Under the pieces are notes generated by a model. The model saw nothing but the letters and a program-made list of their open reading frames with translations, did not search any database and had not been told where the DNA came from. Shown piece by piece: positions 9,807 to 19,116 of a stretch of 64,000 nucleotides of DNA. Positions within the stretch are counted from its first letter, which is position 1, and each line of letters starts with the position of its first letter. Origin of the DNA: Spirochaetia bacterium (GTDB taxonomy: Bacteria > Spirochaetota > Spirochaetia > DSM-2461); contig OY764216.1 in NCBI GenBank assembly GCA_963668315.1, positions 5,536,001 through 5,600,000 on the forward strand, given 5' to 3'. Position numbers and translations under genes: made by a program.

Positions 9807-10961
9807 CTAGCTCCTTTCCCGTCGAAACACGCCCGGCGTGACCCCCACCTGGCGACGGAACACCTGGACCAAGTACTGGGGCGTCTGGAAACCGGTCCGC
9901 CGGGCGATGGTCGTGAGCGGCTGATCGGTCGAAACGAGCAGTTCCTTGGCTCGCTCGACCCGGACCCGGGTGATCTCCTCGTTGGGTGAGCGTCCCAAGG
10001 CGGCACGCATTCGCCGCTCCAACGCACTTCGGGAAATGGCGATCGTCTTGAGCACGTCGGTGACCGCGATTCCGTCGCAGGCCGTTTCGCGGATGAATCG
10101 AACGGCCTGGGCGATGTCGGGATCGTCGATGGCGACCACGTCGGACGATCCGCGCGTGATCACGCCCAACGGTTCGATCAGCAGAGGCGTTTTGGGAGCC
10201 GTTTCGCCCGCCATGAGGCGCGTGAGCAAAGCGGCGGCCTCGTATCCGATTCGCTCCGCGTTGAACCGCACGCTGGAAAGGGCGGGCATGGCCATCGTGC
10301 AGAGGGATTCCTCGTCTTCCACGCCCACGACGGCCACCTCCTCGGGGACGGCGACGCCCGCGCGGGCGCAGGCGTCCAGGAGGAAGAAGCCCAGTTGGTC
10401 GGTGCAGGCCATGACGCCCGCCGGCTTGGGAAGCCCCTTCACCCAGGCCGCCAGTTCGTCCTGGTGTTTCTCCCATTGGGCAGGCTTCTCGGGCTGGCCT
10501 TTGGCATGATAGGTGTCGCAATCCCAGCCGGCTTTCCGGACGGTGTCGATGAAATTCACCCGGCGCTGTTCAAAGTAGATTTCCGTGCCGATCTCACATA
10601 CGCCGAAGTGGCGAAAACCCCGCTGCATGAGATGGTCGGCTACGATCTGGCCCATGGCACGATTGTCGACACCGACCCAGGGAGCTCCGGGATTAAGCCG
10701 CGGGGAACGAAGTTCCACCACCGGCACGCCGACCCGTCGAACCGCGGCGGCCATGGCAGGCGTGGCTGTTCGGGTGAGAATTCCGTCGCCCTGCCAGTTT
10801 TTGAGCCAGAGCGGCGGCGGTGAATCAAGGGCTCGCAGTTCCATGAAGACGGACCACGGTCCGTTCTCGGCAAGGTAGCGGCGAATGCCTCGCAGCAGGC
10901 CGCGACCGTAGGATCGAGATGTTTCGATCAACGCGGCGACATGGGGGATGGACCTGACCAT
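9807..10961 (-). CDS. XylR-type regulator (LacI-like sensor domain + AraC HTH)
   Basis: VAALIETSRSYGRGLLRG N-terminus; C-terminal SRSALERR...IARRTGF...VFRRQVGVTPG. Confidence 0.9.
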   Translation of the reverse strand: MVRSIPHVAALIETSRSYGRGLLRGIRRYLAENGPWSVFMELRALDSPPPLWLKNWQGDGILTRTATPAMAAAVRRVGVPVVELRSPRLNPGAPWVGVDNRAMGQIVADHLMQRGFRHFGVCEIGTEIYFEQRRVNFIDTVRKAGWDCDTYHAKGQPEKPAQWEKHQDELAAWVKGLPKPAGVMACTDQLGFFLLDACARAGVAVPEEVAVVGVEDEESLCTMAMPALSSVRFNAERIGYEAAALLTRLMAGETAPKTPLLIEPLGVITRGSSDVVAIDDPDIAQAVRFIRETACDGIAVTDVLKTIAISRSALERRMRAALGRSPNEEITRVRVERAKELLVSTDQPLTTIARRTGFQTPQYLVQVFRRQVGVTPGVFRRERS

Positions 10962-11034
10962 GGGGATTTCGCACCAGAAATGAATGAGCCGTAATAGTGT
11001 AAGCGATTTACGGAAATTTGGAATGAACGAGCGG

Positions 11035-11046
11035 GACATATATGTC
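11035..11046. promoter_or_regulatory. Palindrome GACATATATGTC in divergent promoter region, possible operator
   Basis: Perfect 12-bp palindrome between the XylR-type gene and the oxidoreductase gene. Confidence 0.35.
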
Positions 11047-11119
11047 ATACTGCTGTTAGTGTCCTGTGTCGAGTGGCCGGATATTTGTAACTCCATGGTC
11101 AAGGGGAAGAAGCGCGCCC

Positions 11120-12421
11120 ATGAACACCAATCGCCGACAGTTCCTCACTCATGCGGCAGGGGTCGCGGGCATTGGCCTGCTAGGCTCATGCACGTTTCCT
11201 GGCACGACTCGAGGCGAAGGCCCATCGTCCCAGAACGATTGTCCCGGGATTGGTGCGATCGGAATGCGTTACCAGGGCACAGTCATCACCCTAAAAGCGC
11301 AAAACCACGGACGCATCGTGGCCATTGCTGATGTGGATCGCCACGTGCGAGAGCAGGCCCGTGCGGGGTTTGGGAGCACCCCGAAGATCTACGAAGACTA
11401 TCGCAAGCTGCTCGATAATAAGAACGTGGACGTCGTCATGATCGGCGCGCCGGACCACTGGCACGTGAAGATGGCGATTGACGCCTGCCGTGCCGGCAAA
11501 CACGTTTATGTGGAGAAGCCGGTTTCGCTCACGATCGACGAAGGGAAGATCCTCCGTCGGGTAGCCAAGGAAACCGGGCAGGTCATCCAGGTCGGTTCGT
11601 GGCAGCGGAACGACGCCCGGTTTCGGCTGGCCGTCGAGATGGTGCGAGCAGGACGGATCGGGAAGCTGAAGAAGGTGATCTGCGCCACCGGCCCCAATCC
11701 GTCCGGCGGCCCCTTTCCCGAACGCCCCGTTCCGGCCCACGTGAACTGGGACCTATGGCTGGGGCAAGCCCCCAAGACTCCCTATGTGGAAGAACGCTGC
11801 CACTACACCTTCCGCTGGTGGTACGAATATGCGGGCGGAAAAGTGACCGATTGGGGCGCTCACGACATCGACATCGCCCAATGGGCGATCAACGAGTATC
11901 CGGTCGAAATCGAGGCGAAGGGCACCTTGCCGAAGATCTCCAACGGCTACAACGTCTCCACCGACTTCCATGCCATTGTCCGTTATCCGAGCGGTGTGGA
12001 ATTGGAGGTGGGGGAAGTCGGGCGTGCCGGAGTGCTCTTCGAAGGCGATAAGGGGCGGCTGTTTGTAAACCGGGGCACCATAGCCGGAACGCCCTACGAC
12101 CAGCTCCAAGAAGATCCCCTGCCCCGGGAGAAATTCCAACTCTACGATTTCGACAATCTCGATCGTCCGGAGCGGGTTGGCAAACTCGACGCCATCGTCA
12201 ATCATATGGGCAACTTCTTCGACTGCATTCGGGAGGGGAAAACGCCCATTTCCGACGTCGAAAGTCAACACCGCAGCGCCACCACCTGCCACTTGATCAA
12301 TCTTGCGATTCGTCTGGGACGTCCTCTGAAGTGGGATGCAGAGCGAGAGGAGTTCGTTGGCGACTCCGAGGCGAATCAGTGGCTCCGGCGCGAACAAAGG
12401 AAGGGCTTCGAAGTCGTTTGA
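11120..12421 (+). CDS. Tat-exported Gfo/Idh/MocA oxidoreductase
   Basis: TNRRQFL twin-arginine signal; APDHWH, GKHVYVEKP, DWGAHDID. Confidence 0.9.
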   Translation: MNTNRRQFLTHAAGVAGIGLLGSCTFPGTTRGEGPSSQNDCPGIGAIGMRYQGTVITLKAQNHGRIVAIADVDRHVREQARAGFGSTPKIYEDYRKLLDNKNVDVVMIGAPDHWHVKMAIDACRAGKHVYVEKPVSLTIDEGKILRRVAKETGQVIQVGSWQRNDARFRLAVEMVRAGRIGKLKKVICATGPNPSGGPFPERPVPAHVNWDLWLGQAPKTPYVEERCHYTFRWWYEYAGGKVTDWGAHDIDIAQWAINEYPVEIEAKGTLPKISNGYNVSTDFHAIVRYPSGVELEVGEVGRAGVLFEGDKGRLFVNRGTIAGTPYDQLQEDPLPREKFQLYDFDNLDRPERVGKLDAIVNHMGNFFDCIREGKTPISDVESQHRSATTCHLINLAIRLGRPLKWDAEREEFVGDSEANQWLRREQRKGFEVV

Positions 12422-12570
12422 GAGCCTATCGAGAGGCCGCTGGCGACGCGTGTGTGCTCCTTCCGTGAGAGGCCGTTGCGGTGGTCTGCGGGTAGGCTCC
12501 GGCGTTTGACGGCCAGGCCCTGACAAATCTCGTCCTATCACCCTTTCCTTCTTTTTTGGGGAGAATGCGT

Positions 12571-13461
12571 ATGTCTGCGCGCACATCTCGAGTCCGTGGG
12601 TTCACTCTGGTTGAACTACTTGTCGTCATTGCGATCATCGGGATCCTGATCGCCCTATTGTTGCCCGCCGTTCAGGCGGCTCGCGAGGCGGCTCGCCGCA
12701 GCCAGTGCGCCAACAACCTCAAGCAGATCGGTCTCGCACTGCAGAACTATCACGACACGTTCAAAATCTTCCCGCCGGGCAGTCTGTATGACTCCCGAAG
12801 CACCAGCAACGGCGGCGATCGGTTCAGCGGCTGGGTCTTGATCATGCCGTTTATGGAAGCCGATACGATCCACGAGTTGTTTGACTTCAAGTACGGTTAC
12901 GATGATTCGCAGAACAACGCCGCCAAAGTCGTTCCGGTGGACGGCTATTTCTGCCCCTCGAAGCCGCGTGCGGAGAAGGCGAGCAGCAGCGTGGCTTACG
13001 GCGACTACGCGTTCAGCGCAGGGACGGGGAGCTGTAACTCGGCGACCCAATACTACTGGAAAGGGATGTTTAATCAGAATTCCGTGTGTCGTTTCCGAGA
13101 CATCACGGATGGAACGAGTAATACGATTGCGGCCGGCGAGAAGCGAACCGTTCAATCCACATCGCTCACAAGTCCGCAGTACCGTTGGGGTTGGCACTCG
13201 ACGAGGAACATGTGCTTCCCGATGAATCGAGATGTTGAAGCGGATGCAAGCTACACGTTCTATCTGAACACGGGCTCAACCGTGGCGGGCACCAGCGCGG
13301 CCTGGAACGACTACTGGGCCAATTTCGGGAGCGATCACCCGGGAGGGGCCCATTTCGTGGCGGCCGATGGCTCCGTGAAATTCCTGGCCGAGACCATCGA
13401 ATTCACCCTCTATCAAAACCTGGGCGACAAGGGCGACAAGCAAGTGGCGTCCTTCCCCTAA
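12571..13461 (+). CDS. DUF1559 / prepilin-type N-terminal methylation domain protein
   Basis: GFTLVELLVVIAIIGILIALLLPAVQAAREAARR, DGTSNT, HPGGAHFVAADGSV. Confidence 0.95.
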   Translation: MSARTSRVRGFTLVELLVVIAIIGILIALLLPAVQAAREAARRSQCANNLKQIGLALQNYHDTFKIFPPGSLYDSRSTSNGGDRFSGWVLIMPFMEADTIHELFDFKYGYDDSQNNAAKVVPVDGYFCPSKPRAEKASSSVAYGDYAFSAGTGSCNSATQYYWKGMFNQNSVCRFRDITDGTSNTIAAGEKRTVQSTSLTSPQYRWGWHSTRNMCFPMNRDVEADASYTFYLNTGSTVAGTSAAWNDYWANFGSDHPGGAHFVAADGSVKFLAETIEFTLYQNLGDKGDKQVASFP

Positions 13462-13680
13462 CGGTCGCGGTCCGGCTCCTGCCGTCAGCCGGGATCGAGG
13501 TTGCGAGCGTCGTCGCGAACATCCGGCGACGCTTGCAGCCGTGCTGGGGTTGTTCGTTCCGTTCGCGCTCGTCGTCAAGCTGGCAGACGGGGACGAAGGG
13601 GAGCCGAGCCAACCGACTTCGACCGTTCTTGCATTGTCCGACACGAATCTCACTGACCTACTATGCGGAAGGATACGAAG

Positions 13681-14067
13681 ATGGCGAGTCCAAGACGTGT
13701 TTCTCTCACCGGGCGTATCTTCCCGGCGGCGATGTTTCTCTTCTTCATGATCATCTGCGGCTGCGGATCAACCACCGAAGAAGCCGCCGATCCCACGGCG
13801 CAGGCGTCGGGCACGGTCTCCGTGGAAGGCAAGGCCGTCGGTCGCGGAGAGGTCTGCTTCTACTCCCTTGCGTCGGGGGCCACCGGGCAAACGGCGTTGA
13901 GCAAGGGAGGGAAGTTCCAATTGGAAAGTCCCCTGGTTCCTGGAGACTACGCTGTTTATCTCATCGGTGCGAGCAACGTTCCGGAGAAGTTTCTGAGCGA
14001 AACCTCGAGCGACTACAAAGTGACCCTGAAGGAGGGAGCGAACGACTTGACGATCAACCTTCAGTGA
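13681..14067 (+). CDS. Small lipoprotein (carboxypeptidase-regulatory-like fold), usual DUF1559 partner
   Basis: Hydrophobic stretch plus ICGC lipobox; SGTVSVEG, PGDYAV, VPEKF. Confidence 0.7.
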   Translation: MASPRRVSLTGRIFPAAMFLFFMIICGCGSTTEEAADPTAQASGTVSVEGKAVGRGEVCFYSLASGATGQTALSKGGKFQLESPLVPGDYAVYLIGASNVPEKFLSETSSDYKVTLKEGANDLTINLQ

Positions 14068-14153
14068 CGGGTTGGCAAGGGGGATGCGATCGATCATCAT
14101 AAGGCAGACTGCTCTGACAGCTTCGTAATCACCCGATTAGAAAGAAACGAGAC

Positions 14154-14714
14154 ATGGAAAAAGTCCTCATCATCGTTGGCGACGCCACCGAAACCGTTGA
14201 CACCCTGTACCCCTACTATCGGCTTATCGAGGGCGGCTTCGAACCGGTCGTGGCCGGGCCGGAAGTTCATCGCTATCAGATGGTGATGCACGAAGTGAAA
14301 CCCGGCTGGACAATCACCAAGGAGTGGGAAGGCTACACGATCCAGACCGATATCGCCTTCCGAGACGTGAAGCCGGAAGAGTATGCGGGCATCTTTTTTT
14401 CCGGAGGGCGTGCCCCCGAGTACATCCGCTATGATGAGGACCTTGTCCGCATCACCCGCCACTTCTTCGAGGTGAACAAACCGATCGCCAGCGTGTGCCA
14501 TGGTGTCGAGATTCCGGCGTACGCGGGCTGCGTCAAGGGGCGCCGCATGGCCACCGTGCCCAAGTGCAAGTTCGACCTGGAGGTCTGCGGCGGGACGTTC
14601 GTCGACGAGGCCTGCGTGATCGACGGCAACCTGGTGAGCGGGCGGACCTACCACGACCACGGACACTACATCGGCCCGTGGATGAAAATGTTGGAAGAGG
14701 CGAGACAGAAGTAA
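14154..14714 (+). CDS. DJ-1/PfpI family protein
   Basis: SGGRAPEY, ASVCHG nucleophile elbow, DGNLVSG. Confidence 0.9.
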   Translation: MEKVLIIVGDATETVDTLYPYYRLIEGGFEPVVAGPEVHRYQMVMHEVKPGWTITKEWEGYTIQTDIAFRDVKPEEYAGIFFSGGRAPEYIRYDEDLVRITRHFFEVNKPIASVCHGVEIPAYAGCVKGRRMATVPKCKFDLEVCGGTFVDEACVIDGNLVSGRTYHDHGHYIGPWMKMLEEARQK

Positions 14715-14784
14715 CCGGTGTGAGTGGCGTACGGCCGCACAGCCTCCGGCTCAGAGGAGCCGGAGGTTCGCACGGCGGTCTGTT

Positions 14785-16686
14785 TCACTCCGTGGAGCGC
14801 TCAGTTTCGGACAGCAGTCCGGCCGTGATTCGGTCTGCCTGCGCGCGACCGCGATGCCCCATTCGCCGGTGGACGGACGCGCGAAGCCGGTACGAATTCG
14901 GCTGGGCCGGGCGAAGCCGGACGACCTCATTGCAGTCCGCCATGGCGTGCTCCCAATCGAAGCAGGCATAATACGCGGTAGCCCTCCCCCAGTAGGCGTC
15001 AGCATCGGCCGGCGCAAGGCGGATCGCTTCGCGATACGCGTCGACGGCCTCCGCGGGGCGTTTCAGTTGGAACAGGCAGTAACCCCTACAGCTGGAAATC
15101 ACGCGTTTTTCGTCGTCGGTCTGCCGTCTTGTCGTCTGTTTCGCCGCCAAGTCGATGACGTCCTGGTAGTCGCCGTTTGTCAATAGCCCGTGCAACGCAA
15201 AGCATACGTACTGCCCCACGACCGCATTCTGGTTTTGACCAAGTTCTTCTCTCCGTATCTGTGCTGCCAGCTTCAGCACGTCGCGGAACTTGTTCCTGGA
15301 AATGAGCGAATACATGGTGAGCACGTCGTAGCCCAACTCGTAGTGCCGCCAATAGCGTGTTCCGGCGAAGCGTCCTCGCAGCAGATTGTCGTTCGGGCCG
15401 GATCGCCATCCGATGAACCATGACTGCGGATGAGTCGACACATGGTGTTCTTTTGCCCAGGGCAAGAACACGTGGACGTAGAAGGCACGGGCCTTCTCCG
15501 CCGCTTGCGCCTCACAGTCGATATATCGACTCACATACTCGTGTTTTGACAGTTTGCCCTGCGCTGCCAGTTCGCAGATCCGGGAGAACCGTTCACCGTT
15601 CCTGACATTGAAGAGTTCAAACACGGCACTCCGCCAGAGTTCCTCGAAGGGTATCGCTCTTCCCTTGTGGAGGCCGTTGCCATACACCTTTCTCAGATGG
15701 ATTCGGGCCGGACTGTCGGCGCCGCGCGGGCTGCACATCGCATCCGTCCCGGGGTCAGGGTTGGCAGGATCCCAGAAGATCCTCTGATCGGGACCGTCGC
15801 CTGCAAACAACCGTGCTGCCGACCGGTAGAGTGGGCTCGCCGCTTTCCCGTGTTGGGCCATGGCAGGCCGATCCTTTAGCATCCGGCGGAGTTGCGCCTC
15901 ACCGTGCTCCAATGCTGCCGAATCCGCCGAAACTTCGCCGCCGGCGTCGAAACCTGCCGCGGGATCGTCTGGATCCAGGTGAATCGCCGTTTGCAGATCA
16001 GCGAGCCCGCCGTCGAAGTCACCGCGTTCAATCCGCACAGCGCCGCGCCGCTCAAGGGCGTAGGGGGAACTTGGTCTGAGTTGGAGGACAGCATCGTAAT
16101 CGGCACGAGCCTGGTCGTACTTGTGTCGGCGCCAGAAGCAATCCCCTCGGCTCATGTGGTAGATCACAACCTCCGGATCCAATTCGACGGCGCGGTCGAG
16201 GTCCGCAATCGCCTTGTTGAACTTGCCGAGAGAATCGTACGCCCTGGCACGGATGAAATACGCTGCCGCAAGATTCGGGGCGAGCTGGATCGCACGCGTG
16301 GCATCGCGAATGACCAACTCGTGATTGCCCATGCCGGCGTACGCCACACTGCGGCTGTAGTGTCCTCGCGGGTCATTTGGGGTGAGCTCAATCACCTTGC
16401 TGGCGTCTGCCAGAGCCAGGTCATACTCTGCCTGCGACAATCGCCTCGCACTGCGGACGCGGTAGGCGTCCGCGTCGGACGGGTCGGACGGGGCGAGGCG
16501 GGGCGTCACGTCCAGATCCGCGATGATTCGGAGATGTTCCTTGTCTGGGATGGGCAAGTTGAGAACCGACGGCTCTGCGACGGCCCCGTTTTTCGACGCC
16601 AAATTGCCACCCGCGGTGACAAGCCCCATGATGCACGTGAGAAGCGAGAGATAGGAGCAAACCGTCTGAATGACCGTTGTTTGCAA
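14785..16686 (-). CDS. Tetratricopeptide repeat protein, probably exported
   Basis: Several TPRs (AIADLDRAVELDP, AYREAIRLAP) around a non-TPR core; start uncertain. Confidence 0.8.
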   Translation of the reverse strand: MQTTVIQTVCSYLSLLTCIMGLVTAGGNLASKNGAVAEPSVLNLPIPDKEHLRIIADLDVTPRLAPSDPSDADAYRVRSARRLSQAEYDLALADASKVIELTPNDPRGHYSRSVAYAGMGNHELVIRDATRAIQLAPNLAAAYFIRARAYDSLGKFNKAIADLDRAVELDPEVVIYHMSRGDCFWRRHKYDQARADYDAVLQLRPSSPYALERRGAVRIERGDFDGGLADLQTAIHLDPDDPAAGFDAGGEVSADSAALEHGEAQLRRMLKDRPAMAQHGKAASPLYRSAARLFAGDGPDQRIFWDPANPDPGTDAMCSPRGADSPARIHLRKVYGNGLHKGRAIPFEELWRSAVFELFNVRNGERFSRICELAAQGKLSKHEYVSRYIDCEAQAAEKARAFYVHVFLPWAKEHHVSTHPQSWFIGWRSGPNDNLLRGRFAGTRYWRHYELGYDVLTMYSLISRNKFRDVLKLAAQIRREELGQNQNAVVGQYVCFALHGLLTNGDYQDVIDLAAKQTTRRQTDDEKRVISSCRGYCLFQLKRPAEAVDAYREAIRLAPADADAYWGRATAYYACFDWEHAMADCNEVVRLRPAQPNSYRLRASVHRRMGHRGRAQADRITAGLLSETERSTE

Positions 16687-16985
16687 AGCACTTCTCCCTC
16701 AAACCGAGACCACCTATGACCGCCTTGAGACGCGGAAGCGTCTCGCAGATGGGAAGTATACCGCAGCAGGTACGCTTCACCAAGGTCGGCATCCCGCCCG
16801 ATCGCGGGACGAACGTCTACCTACCTGCCGTCGGCGGCGCGGCAACGGAAGGCGAAATGCGAATCATGGGATGTTCCCTTGTCGGCGTGAGTGGGGTAGG
16901 ATCGTGCACTGGCCGTTCGAATCGTGTCGCACGGATTGTACCGTGCTCGCTCCGGCTCCCTCAAGGACCCAAGAGGACAAACGCC

Positions 16986-18170
16986 ATGCCGCAAGCCGCG
17001 GTCACCCTGGGATTGGACGTCCTCCTGCAAGATCCACCGCCGATCCTCGCAGGGGCAAGGTTCGGCCTGCTGATGAACCAGGCCTCGGTGGATTCCCACT
17101 GCCGCTACGCCTGCGACGTGCTGGGCGAACGATTTCCCGGGCAATTGGCCGCGTTGTTCTCGCCTCAGCACGGCCTGTGGTGCGAAGAACAGGACAACAT
17201 GATCGAGACCGGTCACAGCGTCTACGGGCCGCTCGGCATCCCGATCCACAGCCTCTACAGCGAGACTCGCCGTCCCACGCCCGAAATGCTCGCCGGTCTC
17301 GATTGCCTGCTCATCGACCTGCAGGATGTGGGAACCCGGGTGTATACGTTCATCTGGACCGTTTCCCATTGCCTGGAGGCCTGTGTGGAGGCCGGGATCC
17401 CGGTGGTCGTTCTGGATCGGCCCAATCCGCTCGGCGGCGAGATCTGCGAGGGGCCGTTGCTGGAACACGGTTTCACCAGTTTCATCGGGCGGGCGGCCGT
17501 GCCCATGCGTCACGGGCTGACCCTCGGCGAAATGGCCCTGCTGACGAATGACCTGCTCGGGATCGGGGCGGACGTGCAGGTCGTGCCCCTGCAAGGCTGG
17601 CGGCGTGGGATGGTTTGGCAGGAAACCGGCTGCCCGTGGGTGATGCCGTCGCCGAACATGCCGCGACTGGAAACGGCCGTGGTTTACCCCGGCCAGGTGC
17701 TGGTGGAGGGAACGACCCTTTCCGAAGGCCGGGGAACGACGACGCCGTTCGAGCTTGTCGGAGCGCCGTACATCGAGCCGGAACGACTGGCGGCGGCGCT
17801 GGCTGACTACGACACGCCCGGGCTGACGATCCGTCCGGTCCGCTTTCGGCCGACTTTCAATAAGTGGGCCGACGAGAGTTGCGGCGGCGTGGCCCTGCAC
17901 TTTGCCGACGCCGCGGCCGTCCGATCCTACGCAACCACCGTGGCGATCTTTGCCTGTCTGCGTTCGTTCTACGGGGAGCAGTTCGCCTGGCTGCCGCCGC
18001 CCTACGAATACGAAGAGACTCTCATGCCAATCGACATCCTCTCGGGCAGCAGCCGACTGCGCGAGGCAATCGACGCCGGACGGACCTCGCCGGGCGACGT
18101 CGCGCAGCTTGCCGAGTTGCACGCAGACCCGTGGTGGGAGCAGGCGGGGCCGTATCGGCTGTATGACTGA
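16986..18170 (+). CDS. DUF1343 / NamZ-like exo-beta-N-acetylmuramidase
   Basis: FSPQHG, SLYSE, DLQDVGTRVYTF, LDRPNP, RHGLTLGE, PSPNMP, SEGRGTTTPFE. Confidence 0.9.
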   Translation: MPQAAVTLGLDVLLQDPPPILAGARFGLLMNQASVDSHCRYACDVLGERFPGQLAALFSPQHGLWCEEQDNMIETGHSVYGPLGIPIHSLYSETRRPTPEMLAGLDCLLIDLQDVGTRVYTFIWTVSHCLEACVEAGIPVVVLDRPNPLGGEICEGPLLEHGFTSFIGRAAVPMRHGLTLGEMALLTNDLLGIGADVQVVPLQGWRRGMVWQETGCPWVMPSPNMPRLETAVVYPGQVLVEGTTLSEGRGTTTPFELVGAPYIEPERLAAALADYDTPGLTIRPVRFRPTFNKWADESCGGVALHFADAAAVRSYATTVAIFACLRSFYGEQFAWLPPPYEYEETLMPIDILSGSSRLREAIDAGRTSPGDVAQLAELHADPWWEQAGPYRLYD

Positions 18171-18309
18171 CAGTTGCCTTACGGCATGGACAGTTATCAG
18201 GCCCGGGATGCCGAAGTCGGCGGTATGCAGCATGGACCGCTTGCGGCAATCCCGCTAGAATAGCAATGGACAGTTGCTTCGTTCCTCCCCCAATTATGAG
18301 GAAACGATC

Positions 18310-18582
18310 ATGGATACTACAGAACGCCGATTCAGCAAAGAAGAGTTTGCTGACCGCGGAGATGCAATCTACGAGGGTGAGGTGCGTCCGCACCTGTCGA
18401 GCGACGACGACGGCAAGTTCGCGGCGATCGATATCGAAACCGGGGCCTACGAGATCGACCTTGACGAACTGGGGGCGTGCGATCGCTTGCGTGCGAGAGT
18501 GCCCAACGCACAGATTTGGATGGTGCGAATTGGCTCGCGTCACGTCCATCGATTTGGAACGCGACCACGGAGCACGCCATGA
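18310..18582 (+). CDS. Small hypothetical protein coupled to the protease gene
   Basis: 90-aa ORF with GKFAAIDIETGAY motif; ATGA overlap with next gene. Confidence 0.75.
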   Translation: MDTTERRFSKEEFADRGDAIYEGEVRPHLSSDDDGKFAAIDIETGAYEIDLDELGACDRLRARVPNAQIWMVRIGSRHVHRFGTRPRSTP

Positions 18583-18944
18583 TCACCGGTGTGGTGAAAT
18601 CTGACGAGGCGTGCATTCGACTGAAGGTCAACGGAACTCGGGGAGAGCAGGAATTCGAGGCAGTAATCGACACCGGTTACACTGGGGCGTTGACGTTGCC
18701 GCCCAAATGGGTCACGGCGCTCGGATTGAAGTGGCAGAGTGTCGACCGGGGTACACTGGCTGACGGTAGCGAATGTCTCATCGATGTGTACGAGGCCGCC
18801 GTGGTGTGGGACGGAAGGCCGCGTCGAATTCTCGTTGATGAGACAGACACGGCGCCGTTGATCGGGATGGGGCTGTTGAACGGCTACGAACTGAGAATCC
18901 AGGTTCGGCCAAACGGCAGAGTAACCATCATCCCGCTTTCTTGA
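18579..18944 (+). CDS. Clan AA (retropepsin-like) aspartic protease
   Basis: AVIDTGYTG catalytic motif, LADGS flap, PLIGMGLL. Confidence 0.85.
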   Translation: MITGVVKSDEACIRLKVNGTRGEQEFEAVIDTGYTGALTLPPKWVTALGLKWQSVDRGTLADGSECLIDVYEAAVVWDGRPRRILVDETDTAPLIGMGLLNGYELRIQVRPNGRVTIIPLS

Positions 18945-19063
18945 TCCCACGGGCCTGTTCTCCGCATAGTCACCGTCCTGCTTCGGCGCCGATGCCTGAT
19001 GAGCAAGCGTGCAAGGCTGCGTCTTGTGTTTGTGAGCGCTTGGGGGAACCAAGTCTTCGCCAC

Positions 19064-19088
19064 AAAAAAAGGGGCCCGAAGGCCCCTT
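19064..19088 (-). terminator. Intrinsic terminator of the DUF1598 gene (possibly bidirectional)
   Basis: AAGGGGCC-CGAA-GGCCCCTT stem with A7 on + strand (U-tract on minus strand). Confidence 0.75.
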
Positions 19089-19116
19089 GGGATCAGTCAA
19101 GATTCTCGCGATTCGA

